Below are positions 1 to 8,652 of a stretch of 64,000 nt of DNA, one piece after another (within the stretch, counting starts at the first letter, position 1; each line of letters starts with the position of its first letter). The DNA lies in the IMG/VR virus record IMGVR_UViG_3300009149_000016, positions 1 to 64,000 of that record; one strand, 5' to 3'. This stretch comes from a virus. The notes under the pieces were generated by a model. The model was not told the origin of the DNA. It saw only the letters and a program-made list of their open reading frames with translations, and searched no databases. The position numbers were made by a program, and so were the translations under genes.

Positions 1-865
1 CTTCGTCGGGGCGAGAATAGGTGAGCCCTGTGTTGTTGGCATCACGCCAAACAACACAGATATTTGCGATGCCCGTTGCCAACTGCCAGGTGGTCGCGAC
101 AGGTGCGACCAACCAAGAATCTGTGGTGTTGTCCCACATGTACCGACCTGGGTTGAGTGCATCGATCTGGACAGCGTTCCCGCTTTGCCGGGGCATGCAG
201 TAGATCCCACGACGGAAGCTCGTGACCCAGCAAGCTCGGGCTTCTTCCGTGGCAGCTACCTTCGAGAAGAAGAAGTTCACAAGCCGGGTTGCCATGTCGC
301 TCGACGAATGCCAAGCCGCAAAGCCGGGGGAGTATCCACAAAGGGAGGGTTCCGTAGGGCGACCAGCGCCATGGGCACCCGCATAACACGCCCGACCCCG
401 GTAGGACCCGTAGAGCCCGTTCCATGAATTCCACCGGCTCAAAGTGAGCGACGGGTCATAGACTTCGTAAACGAGTACGGTGGCACCGTCTGTGTAGCTG
501 GCACCATCGTTCGGAACGACCGTTTGGAGCCAGGCGTCCAATTCGACCAAGCTCATCATGGCCCGCTTGCCAAGGACTCGACCATCTGACTGGGCACGCA
601 CCTCAACGAAAGCCAGCGTGTAGACCTTGGGCCAATCCGTAGTGAAAGTCCCCGTTCGAACCGCTGCGTCGAAAATGTCACCGCCCATACTCTTTGACAA
701 GAGGTACAAATTGACGGTTCGAACCTTTTTGAACATGAGGTTCGAAGCTTGACTCCACGCTTCTGTTGGCACGTCGTATGTCCAGAGCTTCTGGACGTGG
801 TCGACGTAAACCTGACCTTGAGTAGGCAAAGCGGGTTTTGTTGGGATTCCCCAGTCGAATGCCAT
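1..865 (-). CDS. Hypothetical, probably virion/tail-associated protein (runs off left edge)
   Basis: Not in the ORF track. Hand translation from ATG 865 (MAFDWGIPTKPALPTQGQVYVDH...) stays open to the window edge. Lies directly downstream of the tail-fibre-like gene. Confidence 0.6.
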   Translation of the reverse strand, partial: MAFDWGIPTKPALPTQGQVYVDHVQKLWTYDVPTEAWSQASNLMFKKVRTVNLYLLSKSMGGDIFDAAVRTGTFTTDWPKVYTLAFVEVRAQSDGRVLGKRAMMSLVELDAWLQTVVPNDGASYTDGATVLVYEVYDPSLTLSRWNSWNGLYGSYRGRACYAGAHGAGRPTEPSLCGYSPGFAAWHSSSDMATRLVNFFFSKVAATEEARACWVTSFRRGIYCMPRQSGNAVQIDALNPGRYMWDNTTDSWLVAPVATTWQLATGIANICVVWRDANNTGLTYSRPDE

Positions 866-868
866 GTT

Positions 869-1405
869 CTACACCCCTGCCCAGGCAACACCATCCCACA
901 CGAACAGCGTGAGCAGATCGGTATCATACACGAGATCACCCTGACTTGGGGTCAAAGCGAGCCGCTGCACCGTGGTCAGAACCTGGGCGCCCCCACCACT
1001 GCTTGTGAAGGGGTGGACATGGTCGGCCAGCGCGAACAGACGGCTTCCAGGGTCACCCAACCCAGCAATCTGCGTTGCGGGCCACGGACGCACCCAACGG
1101 CCAGCACCGGTTGCGGCGGGCCCAATCAAGGGCCGGATCACGTAGACGCCGTCATGCGCCGCTACGCTGAGGGGATCCCATTGGAAGTAGCCCAAACCGC
1201 TGACAGCCACGGGTTGGGCACCTTCCACATACCCAGTTGCGTCGAACTGTTGGATATCGGCGACGTTGGCGAAGATCTTGACCCCGGATTCGAGAACGAA
1301 AATCAATTCCTCAACATCACGCCGAACATCTGACTTTCGGACGTGCTGCCGGGCGATCCAAGACACCGGATACCGGGGAACTAGACGATGGGGGGGTGCT
1401 TTCAT
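869..1405 (-). CDS. Tail fibre/virion appendage-like protein
   Basis: GYFQWDP..AHDGVYVIRP..GRWVR and TTVQRLALTPSQGDLVYDTD..LFVWDGVAW resemble motifs common in phage tail-fibre modules. Start is uncertain. Confidence 0.5.
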   Translation of the reverse strand: MKAPPHRLVPRYPVSWIARQHVRKSDVRRDVEELIFVLESGVKIFANVADIQQFDATGYVEGAQPVAVSGLGYFQWDPLSVAAHDGVYVIRPLIGPAATGAGRWVRPWPATQIAGLGDPGSRLFALADHVHPFTSSGGGAQVLTTVQRLALTPSQGDLVYDTDLLTLFVWDGVAWAGV

Positions 1406-1529
1406 GTCACAAGAGAAGCACTATCAAAAGAAGGGCGATCCTGCGTGCCGAGTTGCTCGTACAGATCGAGGCCAGTGGAGACGGACGCCCGCTCGCGCCC
1501 GTCCTCTTGGCTTTGCCATTGGACTTCCA

Positions 1530-1871
1530 TCATGCCCCCGGCACACGGTGCTTGTAGAGGCCAAGGTCGAACTCGCCAAACACGCCGTCGACACTAGGTG
1601 TCTCATCAACAAGCTCGGGCCTGATAGGAGTGGCGGGGTTGGAAACGGTCCCCTCGAAAACCCACTTGGGGCTTTCTTCAGGGTGCTTGCCCTCATCCAA
1701 GGCCCGCTCGGTCGCTGCGAGCATCTTGTGCGCCGTGGTGAGGCTCAGAGTCGAGCGCTTGCTCACGTAGGTCAGGTCGACGAAATGGTCGGTGACCCGA
1801 ATGAACCGAGTCACGGTCTCATTGGGATGCTCGACTGAGGCGATTTCGGCGGTGTAGCGGGTGTTCTTCAT
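1530..1871 (-). CDS. Hypothetical protein
   Basis: 113-aa ORF preceded by a class II promoter motif. Confidence 0.7.
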   Translation of the reverse strand: MKNTRYTAEIASVEHPNETVTRFIRVTDHFVDLTYVSKRSTLSLTTAHKMLAATERALDEGKHPEESPKWVFEGTVSNPATPIRPELVDETPSVDGVFGEFDLGLYKHRVPGA

Positions 1872-1873
1872 GA

Positions 1874-1910
1874 TGTACCCACTAAGGGTCGAACTACTCC
1901 TCGATCAACC
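1874..1910 (-). promoter_or_regulatory. Class II bipartite promoter-like motif
   Basis: GGTTGATC-N15-CCTTA-GTGGGTAC-A(TCATG). Confidence 0.75.
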
Positions 1911-2316
1911 GGTCCCACACATTTTTCGGATGCTCCGGGGGAGTCGCTTTGCCAAAGATTCTGCCATGCCCATCCGGCCCTTCGAGGACCCACTTGTCAT
2001 CCATGAATCGCAAGGACCAGGTGCGCCATTCGGTCGGGATGCACGCGATGACCCTCGATTTGAATTCATGATACTCAAGAATAGCCCGTTCTTCACCCCC
2101 GGGCTCCTCGTTGTAATGGTGGTTGTAGAAGTAGGCTAGGATGGCGAGCGCAAGCTGAGCGGGCCCACTTCCACTGTAGCCACATTGGAATCCGGTAGGA
2201 CTGTGCCTTCGAAGATCAAGGCGGGGATCGACCACCCACCGAGCCCCATCCCGGTCGGCATAGACCTTCAGACCGTCGGGCTGTTGGTGCCCCAGAAAGA
2301 CGATCTCAGTTGCCAT
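1894..2316 (-). CDS. DUF6166-like protein; C-terminal tag A (NVWDRLIEE*)
   Basis: HSPTGFQCGYSGSGPAQLALAIL motif; start at MATEIV overlaps the upstream gene's end. Confidence 0.7.
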   Translation of the reverse strand: MATEIVFLGHQQPDGLKVYADRDGARWVVDPRLDLRRHSPTGFQCGYSGSGPAQLALAILAYFYNHHYNEEPGGEERAILEYHEFKSRVIACIPTEWRTWSLRFMDDKWVLEGPDGHGRIFGKATPPEHPKNVWDRLIEE

Positions 2317-2539
2317 GGGTCCGGACGGTCTGTTCGATTTCGTCGAGCCTCTTGAGGATGAGGTTGGCGACGTACATGATCGCATACCAGGTCTGTCCCG
2401 GAGCCTTTCGGCAAAGCTCGCAGCGGGGTTGGTGGCTTCCATCGGTGAGTTGAACCGGCGCGATGGCAACATCATCGGTGCCGCAAGCCTCACATCGCCC
2501 AATGATCGAATGCTCAACGATTTCAACTCGGGAAGACAT
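2306..2539 (-). CDS. Small Zn-finger-like hypothetical protein
   Basis: Two CxxC pairs; GGTGTA 9 nt before the ATG. Confidence 0.7.
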   Translation of the reverse strand: MSSRVEIVEHSIIGRCEACGTDDVAIAPVQLTDGSHQPRCELCRKAPGQTWYAIMYVANLILKRLDEIEQTVRTHGN

Positions 2540-2557
2540 GCCTCCCTCTACACCGAG

Positions 2558-2788
2558 TCACCAGAAGTAGTACAGCTTGTCCCATCGAGCCAGGCGACAG
2601 GCCTTCCGAGCGGGTTGCAAGACCGTCCACCCGTCCTTTTCCTCGACGACATCCCACTCGTAACCGCCCCCCACCAATGTCCAACCGATTGGGGTTTCCT
2701 TCCAATCAGCCTTAATGAGAAACCACCCTGAGAGGGTCGGATGCTCCCGAATCTCAGTGATCGTACCAGCGGGAAGGTCTTGCAACAT
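2558..2788 (-). CDS. Hypothetical protein
   Basis: 76-aa ORF filling the gap. Confidence 0.4.
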   Translation of the reverse strand: MLQDLPAGTITEIREHPTLSGWFLIKADWKETPIGWTLVGGGYEWDVVEEKDGWTVLQPARKACRLARWDKLYYFW

Positions 2789-2858
2789 AACACCCTACCT
2801 GAAGTACAAGTAATTCCGTCCTCTGTATAACGCGAAGCGTCATGGTGTAGGTTCAAAC

Positions 2859-3143
2859 ATGGATCCGTGTCCTTTTTGCGGACGTTCGATGTTCGACCCC
2901 ACGGAACACCACTTGGTGCCCAAGTGCCGGGGAGGAAAAGTCACCGTCCGACTCTGTCGTGATTGCCATCGTGGTATTCACGAACTGTATTCGAACAAGA
3001 CCCTCGAAACTGAGTTTGGGACGCCTGAGTTGCTCAAGGCCGACGCTCGGTTCCAGAAGATGGTCACCTACATCCGCAAGCAAGATCCGGGTGGTCGGGT
3101 CAAGTTTCGCAAGAGCAAACGGAGGTTTGGTCGCAATGGCTGA
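2859..3143 (+). CDS. HNH endonuclease
   Basis: CPFC..HHLVPKCRGG..LCRDCHRGIH; GGTGTA upstream. Confidence 0.8.
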   Translation: MDPCPFCGRSMFDPTEHHLVPKCRGGKVTVRLCRDCHRGIHELYSNKTLETEFGTPELLKADARFQKMVTYIRKQDPGGRVKFRKSKRRFGRNG

Positions 3144-3447
3144 AAAAACACTGTCAGGTCAGATAAGTAAGATGAGCGGGGTACCTCAGATCGAATCGAG
3201 AGACGCGCCGAGTTGCTATTCGAAGGCGAAGGAACTCAAAGAAGTCCTCGGAGACGACACCGTCGTCAGCCTCTATTGGTCAATCCCCAAGGCTTGCCTT
3301 GTGCTCGTGACGACAAAAGGTCGACGCATCGCGATCCCCAAGACTTCCTTTTTCCACCCGGTGGCCGAGATGATTGAAGGTCGAGCGGCCATCCGCACCT
3401 ACGTCGAGGACGTGGCAAACCTCATCCGAACCCGTCGCCCCAATTAG
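3136..3447 (+). CDS. Hypothetical protein
   Basis: ATG (MAEKTL) overlaps the end of the HNH gene. Confidence 0.6.
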   Translation: MAEKTLSGQISKMSGVPQIESRDAPSCYSKAKELKEVLGDDTVVSLYWSIPKACLVLVTTKGRRIAIPKTSFFHPVAEMIEGRAAIRTYVEDVANLIRTRRPN

Positions 3448-3464
3448 CCGGTGTAGGCAAAGGC

Positions 3465-3668
3465 ATGGATTACGAGACGCTGAAAGCCGCCTGGGACAAG
3501 CTCGAACGAGGTGACCCCCTCACGGACCTTGAGTTGAAGCATCTCAAGAAAAGCGCTGAGCAAGGTCTTGCCTACCTCGAAGCCCGGGGTGAGCGGTTCG
3601 TCCTGTTCAAGACCCGGCTCGACCTGGAGACCATCAAAGGCTACATGCGGGAACGATCGAGACGATAA
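3465..3668 (+). CDS. Hypothetical protein
   Basis: GGTGTA-N9-ATG; helical 67 aa. Confidence 0.7.
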   Translation: MDYETLKAAWDKLERGDPLTDLELKHLKKSAEQGLAYLEARGERFVLFKTRLDLETIKGYMRERSRR

Positions 3669-4084
3669 TGCTCGTCCTTCTATGTGGCAACGGCGAGCTT
3701 GACTTCCTGCCCGTGTGGCCGGAAGCCATTGGCCTTCTGAGTGGAAGGTACACAACCATCCTCGCCCGCAACCGAGCCAATGAGAAGCTCGTTCCGCACG
3801 ATGTGACGAAGGAACACGAGCTTTTCCTTCTGTGCCCAGATCCGAAGCTTGAGAGGGCTCCCTGGATCTTTCAAGTCCAAGTTAATCTCGGACCGGAGAT
3901 CGGTCGCACGTTCACTCTCGACAAGATCGTTGAAAGCTGGGTCCTTCGGGTCGACACGAGCCCCCGAACCCGGTTTTTCCTACCCGACTACCAGCCGACC
4001 ACAAACAGCATCGACCCTCCCCAGATCACGGACGTGATTGGTAGACCCAAACCCGGGACCGTGTGGGATAGGATTGGCGGCTAA
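3668..4084 (+). CDS. Hypothetical protein, tag A (GTVWDRIGG*)
   Basis: TAATG translational coupling with the upstream gene. Confidence 0.7.
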   Translation: MLVLLCGNGELDFLPVWPEAIGLLSGRYTTILARNRANEKLVPHDVTKEHELFLLCPDPKLERAPWIFQVQVNLGPEIGRTFTLDKIVESWVLRVDTSPRTRFFLPDYQPTTNSIDPPQITDVIGRPKPGTVWDRIGG

Positions 4085-4124
4085 CCTTCTTGTGAACTAG
4101 CTTTGGACGTAGGAGGTACCTCCC

Positions 4125-4556
4125 ATGGACCAAGCTATTTCGAACTTTGTTGGTTGGCACACGCTCGTATTCGCGCTCGCTTGCTGGATCTTGACCTTCC
4201 TGACTCGGAGAATCGTCGAGACGGCTGTTCCGTCTGCAAAGAAGGCTCTAGACGTCAACAAGGGCGAGACACCTTACAAGACAACCTTCGCCCGCTGGTG
4301 GAACGAAGTGCTGCTGTACGTCATCCCAGTGGCTTGGGGTGGTACCTCAGCAAGCATCGCTACTTTCTACCCATTTCCTGAGGGTATCGAGAGCTTCAGC
4401 GCTCGCCTGTTCTTTGGTGTGGTCATCGGCTTCTTTTCCGGATTCTTGTACAAGGTCCTCAAAAAGGTGATCTTGAAGAAATTCGACATCGTCAGTGAAA
4501 AGGACTTGCCCGCCGCCACCGCACCGAAACCTGCCGGATCTGACGAAACCAGCTAG
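4125..4556 (+). CDS. Membrane protein, possible holin
   Basis: About 3 hydrophobic segments, Lys-rich C-terminus, strong AGGAGG SD. Confidence 0.5.
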   Translation: MDQAISNFVGWHTLVFALACWILTFLTRRIVETAVPSAKKALDVNKGETPYKTTFARWWNEVLLYVIPVAWGGTSASIATFYPFPEGIESFSARLFFGVVIGFFSGFLYKVLKKVILKKFDIVSEKDLPAATAPKPAGSDETS

Positions 4557-5337
4557 ATCTCCAGCGATTCAGCGAGATCTTCCGGCTGCACCACCTTGCG
4601 GTGCTTCACGTAGTCCTCAAAACCACTGCCCAACTTGACGTGCGAGATCCCTTCTTTTTGAAGAGATTCAGCGTCTTCCTTGCTTAAGGGCCACGCTGTC
4701 ACGAGGATCGTTTTCAAACGAGGGGTGATCTGATCAACCTTTTTCTGCGCTTTGCGTTCTTCTGACTCAAAGTACATCCAAGGGCATTCCGGGTTACGGC
4801 ATTTCGGGTTATGCTCGTAGGGATTGAAACGGTCGGGAACATCTTTGGTGGCCCACTGTTCCCATTGCTCAGCGCCCAAGGTGTCAGCCCTACCCACTCC
4901 CCCTGAAAACCATTCCAGATAAAGGTGAAGCTGTCGAAGGATGTCACCAATCGGGATAGGCTTGATCTTCACTTCGATCAGACCCGTCAGGGCAGCTTGG
5001 ACGCTTACCACCATGGTCTCTTCCCCCCATTTCTCGGGATCCTCAGAAGCGCATGTGGAAGACGGAGGCTTGCGAACCTCCAGCTTTTCCCCAATGTTAC
5101 AAAAAACTGAACATCGAGGAAACCAATCGTAGTCTTGTACTTGCCTTCTCCCTTTGTAAGATGAGGCTCCAAGCGGGTTTTCGGTGGGGTGGTCCGCAAC
5201 CCCGACAACCCCTGCAATACCTTTTGCAACACTTCTGGTTGGCTTAGATATTGACAGGCCCAATCATGCAAGGGCTCTTTCTTGTCTGGGTCGTTGAATC
5301 CGAGCTTGGCCAACAAAGTTCGATCATGGCTATGCAT
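4553..5337 (-). CDS. PD-(D/E)XK-like nuclease split by a frameshift at ~5101-5106
   Basis: Frame 1 (MHSHDR..GFLDVQF) joins frame 2 (..LIEVK..GDILRQLHLY) at a T6 run. GGTGTA-N9 precedes ATG 5337. Confidence 0.55.
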
Positions 5338-5346
5338 GGGTTCTTT

Positions 5347-5366
5347 TACACCAACCAATCCGTGTA
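5347..5366. promoter_or_regulatory. Divergent pair of class I (GGTGTA) motifs
   Basis: TACACC at 5347-5352 serves the minus gene at 5337; CGTGTA at 5361-5366 serves the plus gene at 5377. Confidence 0.65.
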
Positions 5367-5376
5367 GAATGGCGGG

Positions 5377-6441
5377 ATGCCCGATGAGCACCCAGAGCAC
5401 CCGCTCATTCGAATTCGCGACTACCGCTTCCGACTGACCCCCGAAACCCGGGAATTCGCTTTCAATTTGCTCCCACTGTTGCGGGCCGACGCCAACGTTC
5501 GTCGCCTGCACATCACCGATTTCCTCATTGCCTATCGAGACGAAGACGAAGAATACGCAGGGATCGGCGTTCAATTCGAACCAGAGACGGACGCACCAGC
5601 CGGCGAAGACATTCGCCAGATGCTCTCAAGCCTTGAGGACCATCACCCTCTACGGCTTTCCCCAACCCAGCGTGCCCTCACCGAATCCATTCGTCGAGAG
5701 AACGCCCCGCCACGCGTCGACCACCAAACGCTCATTCAGCAAGCCATCATGGGCCAAGAGGGGCGAGCCCGGCTTGCGGCTGCGATGATGGCACCCATCC
5801 GCCAGCGGCTTGATTACCAGTCGCTCGCTCGGCAGACCTTCATGATTGAGCAAATGCCTGAAGGGGCCCTGCCGACCTACGTGCCCCCGCCTGAGCATAT
5901 GCTGCCATCGAATGATGCAAACCCCGGGGCAGATCTTCAAGCCGCCATAGGGGTCCTTCGAGATCTCGGCACGGCCCCGGTACCGGGGAGCATCCCCATC
6001 CTGGACGGAAACATCCATGTCGTTTCCGAGCCTGAGTACGTTGGCGCGTTCCCTGTTCGCACCGAGCTTACCGTCATGCCTGCCGACGAACAGCGGGAGC
6101 CACTTGGCTGGCGGATGCGAGAGACCATCGGTATCGGCATGATCAACCCCCGTGGCCTCGGACGGTTGGGAATGACTCGAAGCGGCATCGAGAGTCTGGA
6201 AGCTCCCCCGTGGCCCGAGTGGGCGGTACCAGGCATCTGGGTCGTGAACCACACCGACGGGTTCGTAGGTCGCATCACACACGTCTACCCAGGTGAAATC
6301 GTCTTGCGTTCGCCCCGGGAATTGTCTGCCAATGGAACCCCGGAGTTTCGGCATCTCCCTCGATCCGACGACTTCACCAGGGACTTCGAACCAGCCATCG
6401 ACCCCACCCTCAAACGCACCATGTGGGATCGGCTTGGTTGA
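5377..6441 (+). CDS. Protein containing major-capsid-like segments; tag A (RTMWDRLG*)
   Basis: GRARLAAAMMAPIRQRLDYQSLARQTFMIEQMPEGALPTY and EPEYVGAFPVRTELTV..IGIGMINPRGL resemble, from recall, the N- and C-terminal parts of an HK97-type MCP of large phages. Confidence 0.55.
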   Translation: MPDEHPEHPLIRIRDYRFRLTPETREFAFNLLPLLRADANVRRLHITDFLIAYRDEDEEYAGIGVQFEPETDAPAGEDIRQMLSSLEDHHPLRLSPTQRALTESIRRENAPPRVDHQTLIQQAIMGQEGRARLAAAMMAPIRQRLDYQSLARQTFMIEQMPEGALPTYVPPPEHMLPSNDANPGADLQAAIGVLRDLGTAPVPGSIPILDGNIHVVSEPEYVGAFPVRTELTVMPADEQREPLGWRMRETIGIGMINPRGLGRLGMTRSGIESLEAPPWPEWAVPGIWVVNHTDGFVGRITHVYPGEIVLRSPRELSANGTPEFRHLPRSDDFTRDFEPAIDPTLKRTMWDRLG

Positions 6442-6472
6442 TCATTTGTTCGGACATCCCTTAGAAGGGTCA
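6436..6472 (+). promoter_or_regulatory. Class II bipartite promoter-like motif
   Basis: GGTTGATC-N15-CCTTA-GAAGGGTC-ATG. Confidence 0.75.
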
Positions 6473-6696
6473 TGGACAACTTCAAGAGTCTCGTCGATCT
6501 TGTAGGCCATCGCTTTGCTGGCGGGCAAAGTACCCACCAGATTCAAAAGGCACTCGTTGAGACGCTCAAAGTCAACCCGAACGAGGCTGTGCTGATCATC
6601 CGGGCTGCGCAGATAATCAGTGACGACCGGGTGGCTTCAGAGGCCGATTCTCAGAGAGTTCCCACGGATATCTCGGCTTCCGCTCCTCCGCAGTAG
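6472..6696 (+). CDS. Hypothetical protein
   Basis: Apparently leaderless start at the class II motif. Confidence 0.65.
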   Translation: MDNFKSLVDLVGHRFAGGQSTHQIQKALVETLKVNPNEAVLIIRAAQIISDDRVASEADSQRVPTDISASAPPQ

Positions 6697-6919
6697 GCGT
6701 GTACGCCCCGCTCGACACGAGGTTGGCGCACCCCTCTTCCGAATCAAGATCGAGCTTGTCGTAGACCTTCTCGGCCCACGCTCGTTGAGGCGCCGACAGC
6801 GACGGCTTCCGGCTCATCTCCAATCTGGCAAGCATGTCGGTGAAAGCATCCCGTTCTTTACTGTCAAGATCAGCCGAAAGTAGACGGCCAAGCAACCGCT
6901 TGTCAGACATGTTCTGCAT
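6617..6919 (-). CDS. Hypothetical protein
   Basis: Start MQNMSD placed by GGTGTA-N9. Confidence 0.65.
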   Translation of the reverse strand: MQNMSDKRLLGRLLSADLDSKERDAFTDMLARLEMSRKPSLSAPQRAWAEKVYDKLDLDSEEGCANLVSSGAYTPTAEERKPRYPWELSENRPLKPPGRH

Positions 6920-6928
6920 GTCGATCCC

Positions 6929-6943
6929 TACACCATAGGTGTA
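6929..6943. promoter_or_regulatory. Back-to-back class I motifs TACACC-ATA-GGTGTA
   Basis: Each motif is 9 nt from the ATG of a divergent gene (6919 minus, 6953 plus). Confidence 0.75.
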
Positions 6944-6952
6944 ATACCAGGG

Positions 6953-7312
6953 ATGACCATGGCCGACCCATTCTGGGACCACTTCACCGTCAAATCGGTG
7001 TCCAAGGAAGAGGTGGTCATCCATTTCCACAACTCCGACATGCAAAGTCGGTGGCTCCAATGGCTCAAAAAGTACACGGGTTATCCCCAGCAATGGCTCA
7101 TGGGGGGCCTTTTGAAGCAGCGGGAGGGCAACCATGTGGGCTTCTCCAATGAAGCCGTGGGGGCCCTCAAAGATGGCGTCGCTTTGAACCCAAAGGGACT
7201 TTTGGGCGACTACTTTCGCCTAAACGAACGCTTTATCGATGTGCTTATGAAGTGCTATCTTGGCGAACATCCGCAAGGCATCCCGACCATCTGGGAACGA
7301 CTCATGGGGTAG
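6953..7312 (+). CDS. Hypothetical protein, tag A (PTIWERLMG*)
   Basis: ORF plus class I motif. Confidence 0.7.
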   Translation: MTMADPFWDHFTVKSVSKEEVVIHFHNSDMQSRWLQWLKKYTGYPQQWLMGGLLKQREGNHVGFSNEAVGALKDGVALNPKGLLGDYFRLNERFIDVLMKCYLGEHPQGIPTIWERLMG

Positions 7313-7314
7313 GT

Positions 7315-7494
7315 ATGAAGAACCGACAATTGCAGCAAGCCATCAAAGACGCTCATGAACGAGGACATGCTCTGCTCCGAATGGGGGAGATCGAGCGAGC
7401 CCATGAAGAATTCCAGATTTCCGACTGGCTTGAAGAGCTTCATGCTCGAAGAACGAGCCCTGACACAGCCAAGTCCCTATGCCCCACGGTGTAG
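7315..7494 (+). CDS. Small hypothetical protein
   Basis: MKNRQLQQ..; fills the gap. Confidence 0.55.
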   Translation: MKNRQLQQAIKDAHERGHALLRMGEIERAHEEFQISDWLEELHARRTSPDTAKSLCPTV

Positions 7495-7503
7495 AACAAG
7501 GGT

Positions 7504-7926
7504 ATGAACCAACTCGTCGCCGTCCCTTCCAAGCGGTTCCAGATCCTCAACGTCGACCAGGACATCCCCATCCGGCAGTTCGTCTCCCGACATGACTTGC
7601 CGTTCAAGCCGGGGCATGGCTTCTACGAGCACGGCAAGAAACGTGTGCTCGTGCAGGGAACGAAGGAAATCGTCCTTTGGGACAGGGGAACGAAGGAACT
7701 GTTCACGGGCAAGGAAGCGCGCCGGATGCTCGGTCTGCCCCTGACGGACCGGGACATGCACCTTAGCCCCTACAACGCGTATAGCTCTAAATACAAGGTT
7801 TTCATTCAATCCACGAGCTACAACCGCAAGCTTCTGCGTGGTACCCTGTTCCTGTACGAGATCGAAGGATGGGACAAGGAAGGCGACACGGTTTGGGAGC
7901 GGATCGTCGATATCGACTTCGTTTGA
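7504..7926 (+). CDS. Hypothetical protein, tag A (DTVWERIVDIDFV*)
   Basis: GGTGTA-N10-ATG; VFIQSTSYNRKL looks like a conserved phage motif. Confidence 0.7.
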   Translation: MNQLVAVPSKRFQILNVDQDIPIRQFVSRHDLPFKPGHGFYEHGKKRVLVQGTKEIVLWDRGTKELFTGKEARRMLGLPLTDRDMHLSPYNAYSSKYKVFIQSTSYNRKLLRGTLFLYEIEGWDKEGDTVWERIVDIDFV

Positions 7927-7942
7927 CGGTGTAGGTGAATTC

Positions 7943-8248
7943 ATGGCCGACAAGGACAAGGACAAGCTTCTCATGGGACCCCCCGTCAAGGAAGGGAGCC
8001 GGGACCATCACTGCCTCCGAACAAGGGGCTGCAATGTGGAAGCAGGCACCGTCCGACTCATCAAGGAAGGTGAGGCGATGCACGGCGAACCGATCGTCAT
8101 GTCTGGAACGGGGCCCACCTACACGATCGACCCCGAAGAGCAAGAGAGCCCCTCTGAGAGCACTTCGGGTCCGGCCAGAGTCGCGAACCCGGCCTATGAC
8201 CAAGGATGGGAGAGGCTTTGGGGTAAGCCTGTCGTGGGGCAAGCCTAA
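7943..8248 (+). CDS. Hypothetical protein
   Basis: GGTGTA-N9-ATG; ends with GWERLW. Confidence 0.65.
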   Translation: MADKDKDKLLMGPPVKEGSRDHHCLRTRGCNVEAGTVRLIKEGEAMHGEPIVMSGTGPTYTIDPEEQESPSESTSGPARVANPAYDQGWERLWGKPVVGQA

Positions 8249-8652
8249 TGTCCGTACGTTGGCGCAAAGGTGACTTTGGCCGTTATCGATTTGAGGACAA
8301 GGACAAGCCAACCTTCGAATTCCACGGCAAGGACAAGGCTGGGCAAGTCCACCTCTGGCATGGCGGCGAGGACCACATCCGTATGATCCCCATGCGAACC
8401 TTTCAGAAGGACTGTGAGCGAAGCTGGGTCATCAAAAAGCTCAAGCCCGAAAAGCCCGAATGGCTCGTCGAGGGGGCCCGGCTCAAGTGGGGTGGCACCC
8501 AAGTTGTCGTCCGACGTATCGAACTCGATTTCTTCTCGATCTTGGATGATGATGTTCTGCGATTCTACAAGATTGCGGACGCACACAAGTATTTCGTTCC
8601 TGACATAACCGCTTGGGACCTTCTCGATCGGGACTTCCTCTCGGAGGGTTGA
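8248..8652 (+). CDS. Hypothetical protein, tag A (ITAWDLLDRDF)
   Basis: Coupled start and stop with neighbours. Confidence 0.7.
   Translation: MSVRWRKGDFGRYRFEDKDKPTFEFHGKDKAGQVHLWHGGEDHIRMIPMRTFQKDCERSWVIKKLKPEKPEWLVEGARLKWGGTQVVVRRIELDFFSILDDDVLRFYKIADAHKYFVPDITAWDLLDRDFLSEG

Noticed and set aside
1894-1915. Tag A as a by-product of the GGTTGATC promoter box (DRLI = GAC CGG TTG ATC)
   Set aside because: The overlap occurs in only two copies (here and ~6436); the other copies use different codons and have no promoter box.
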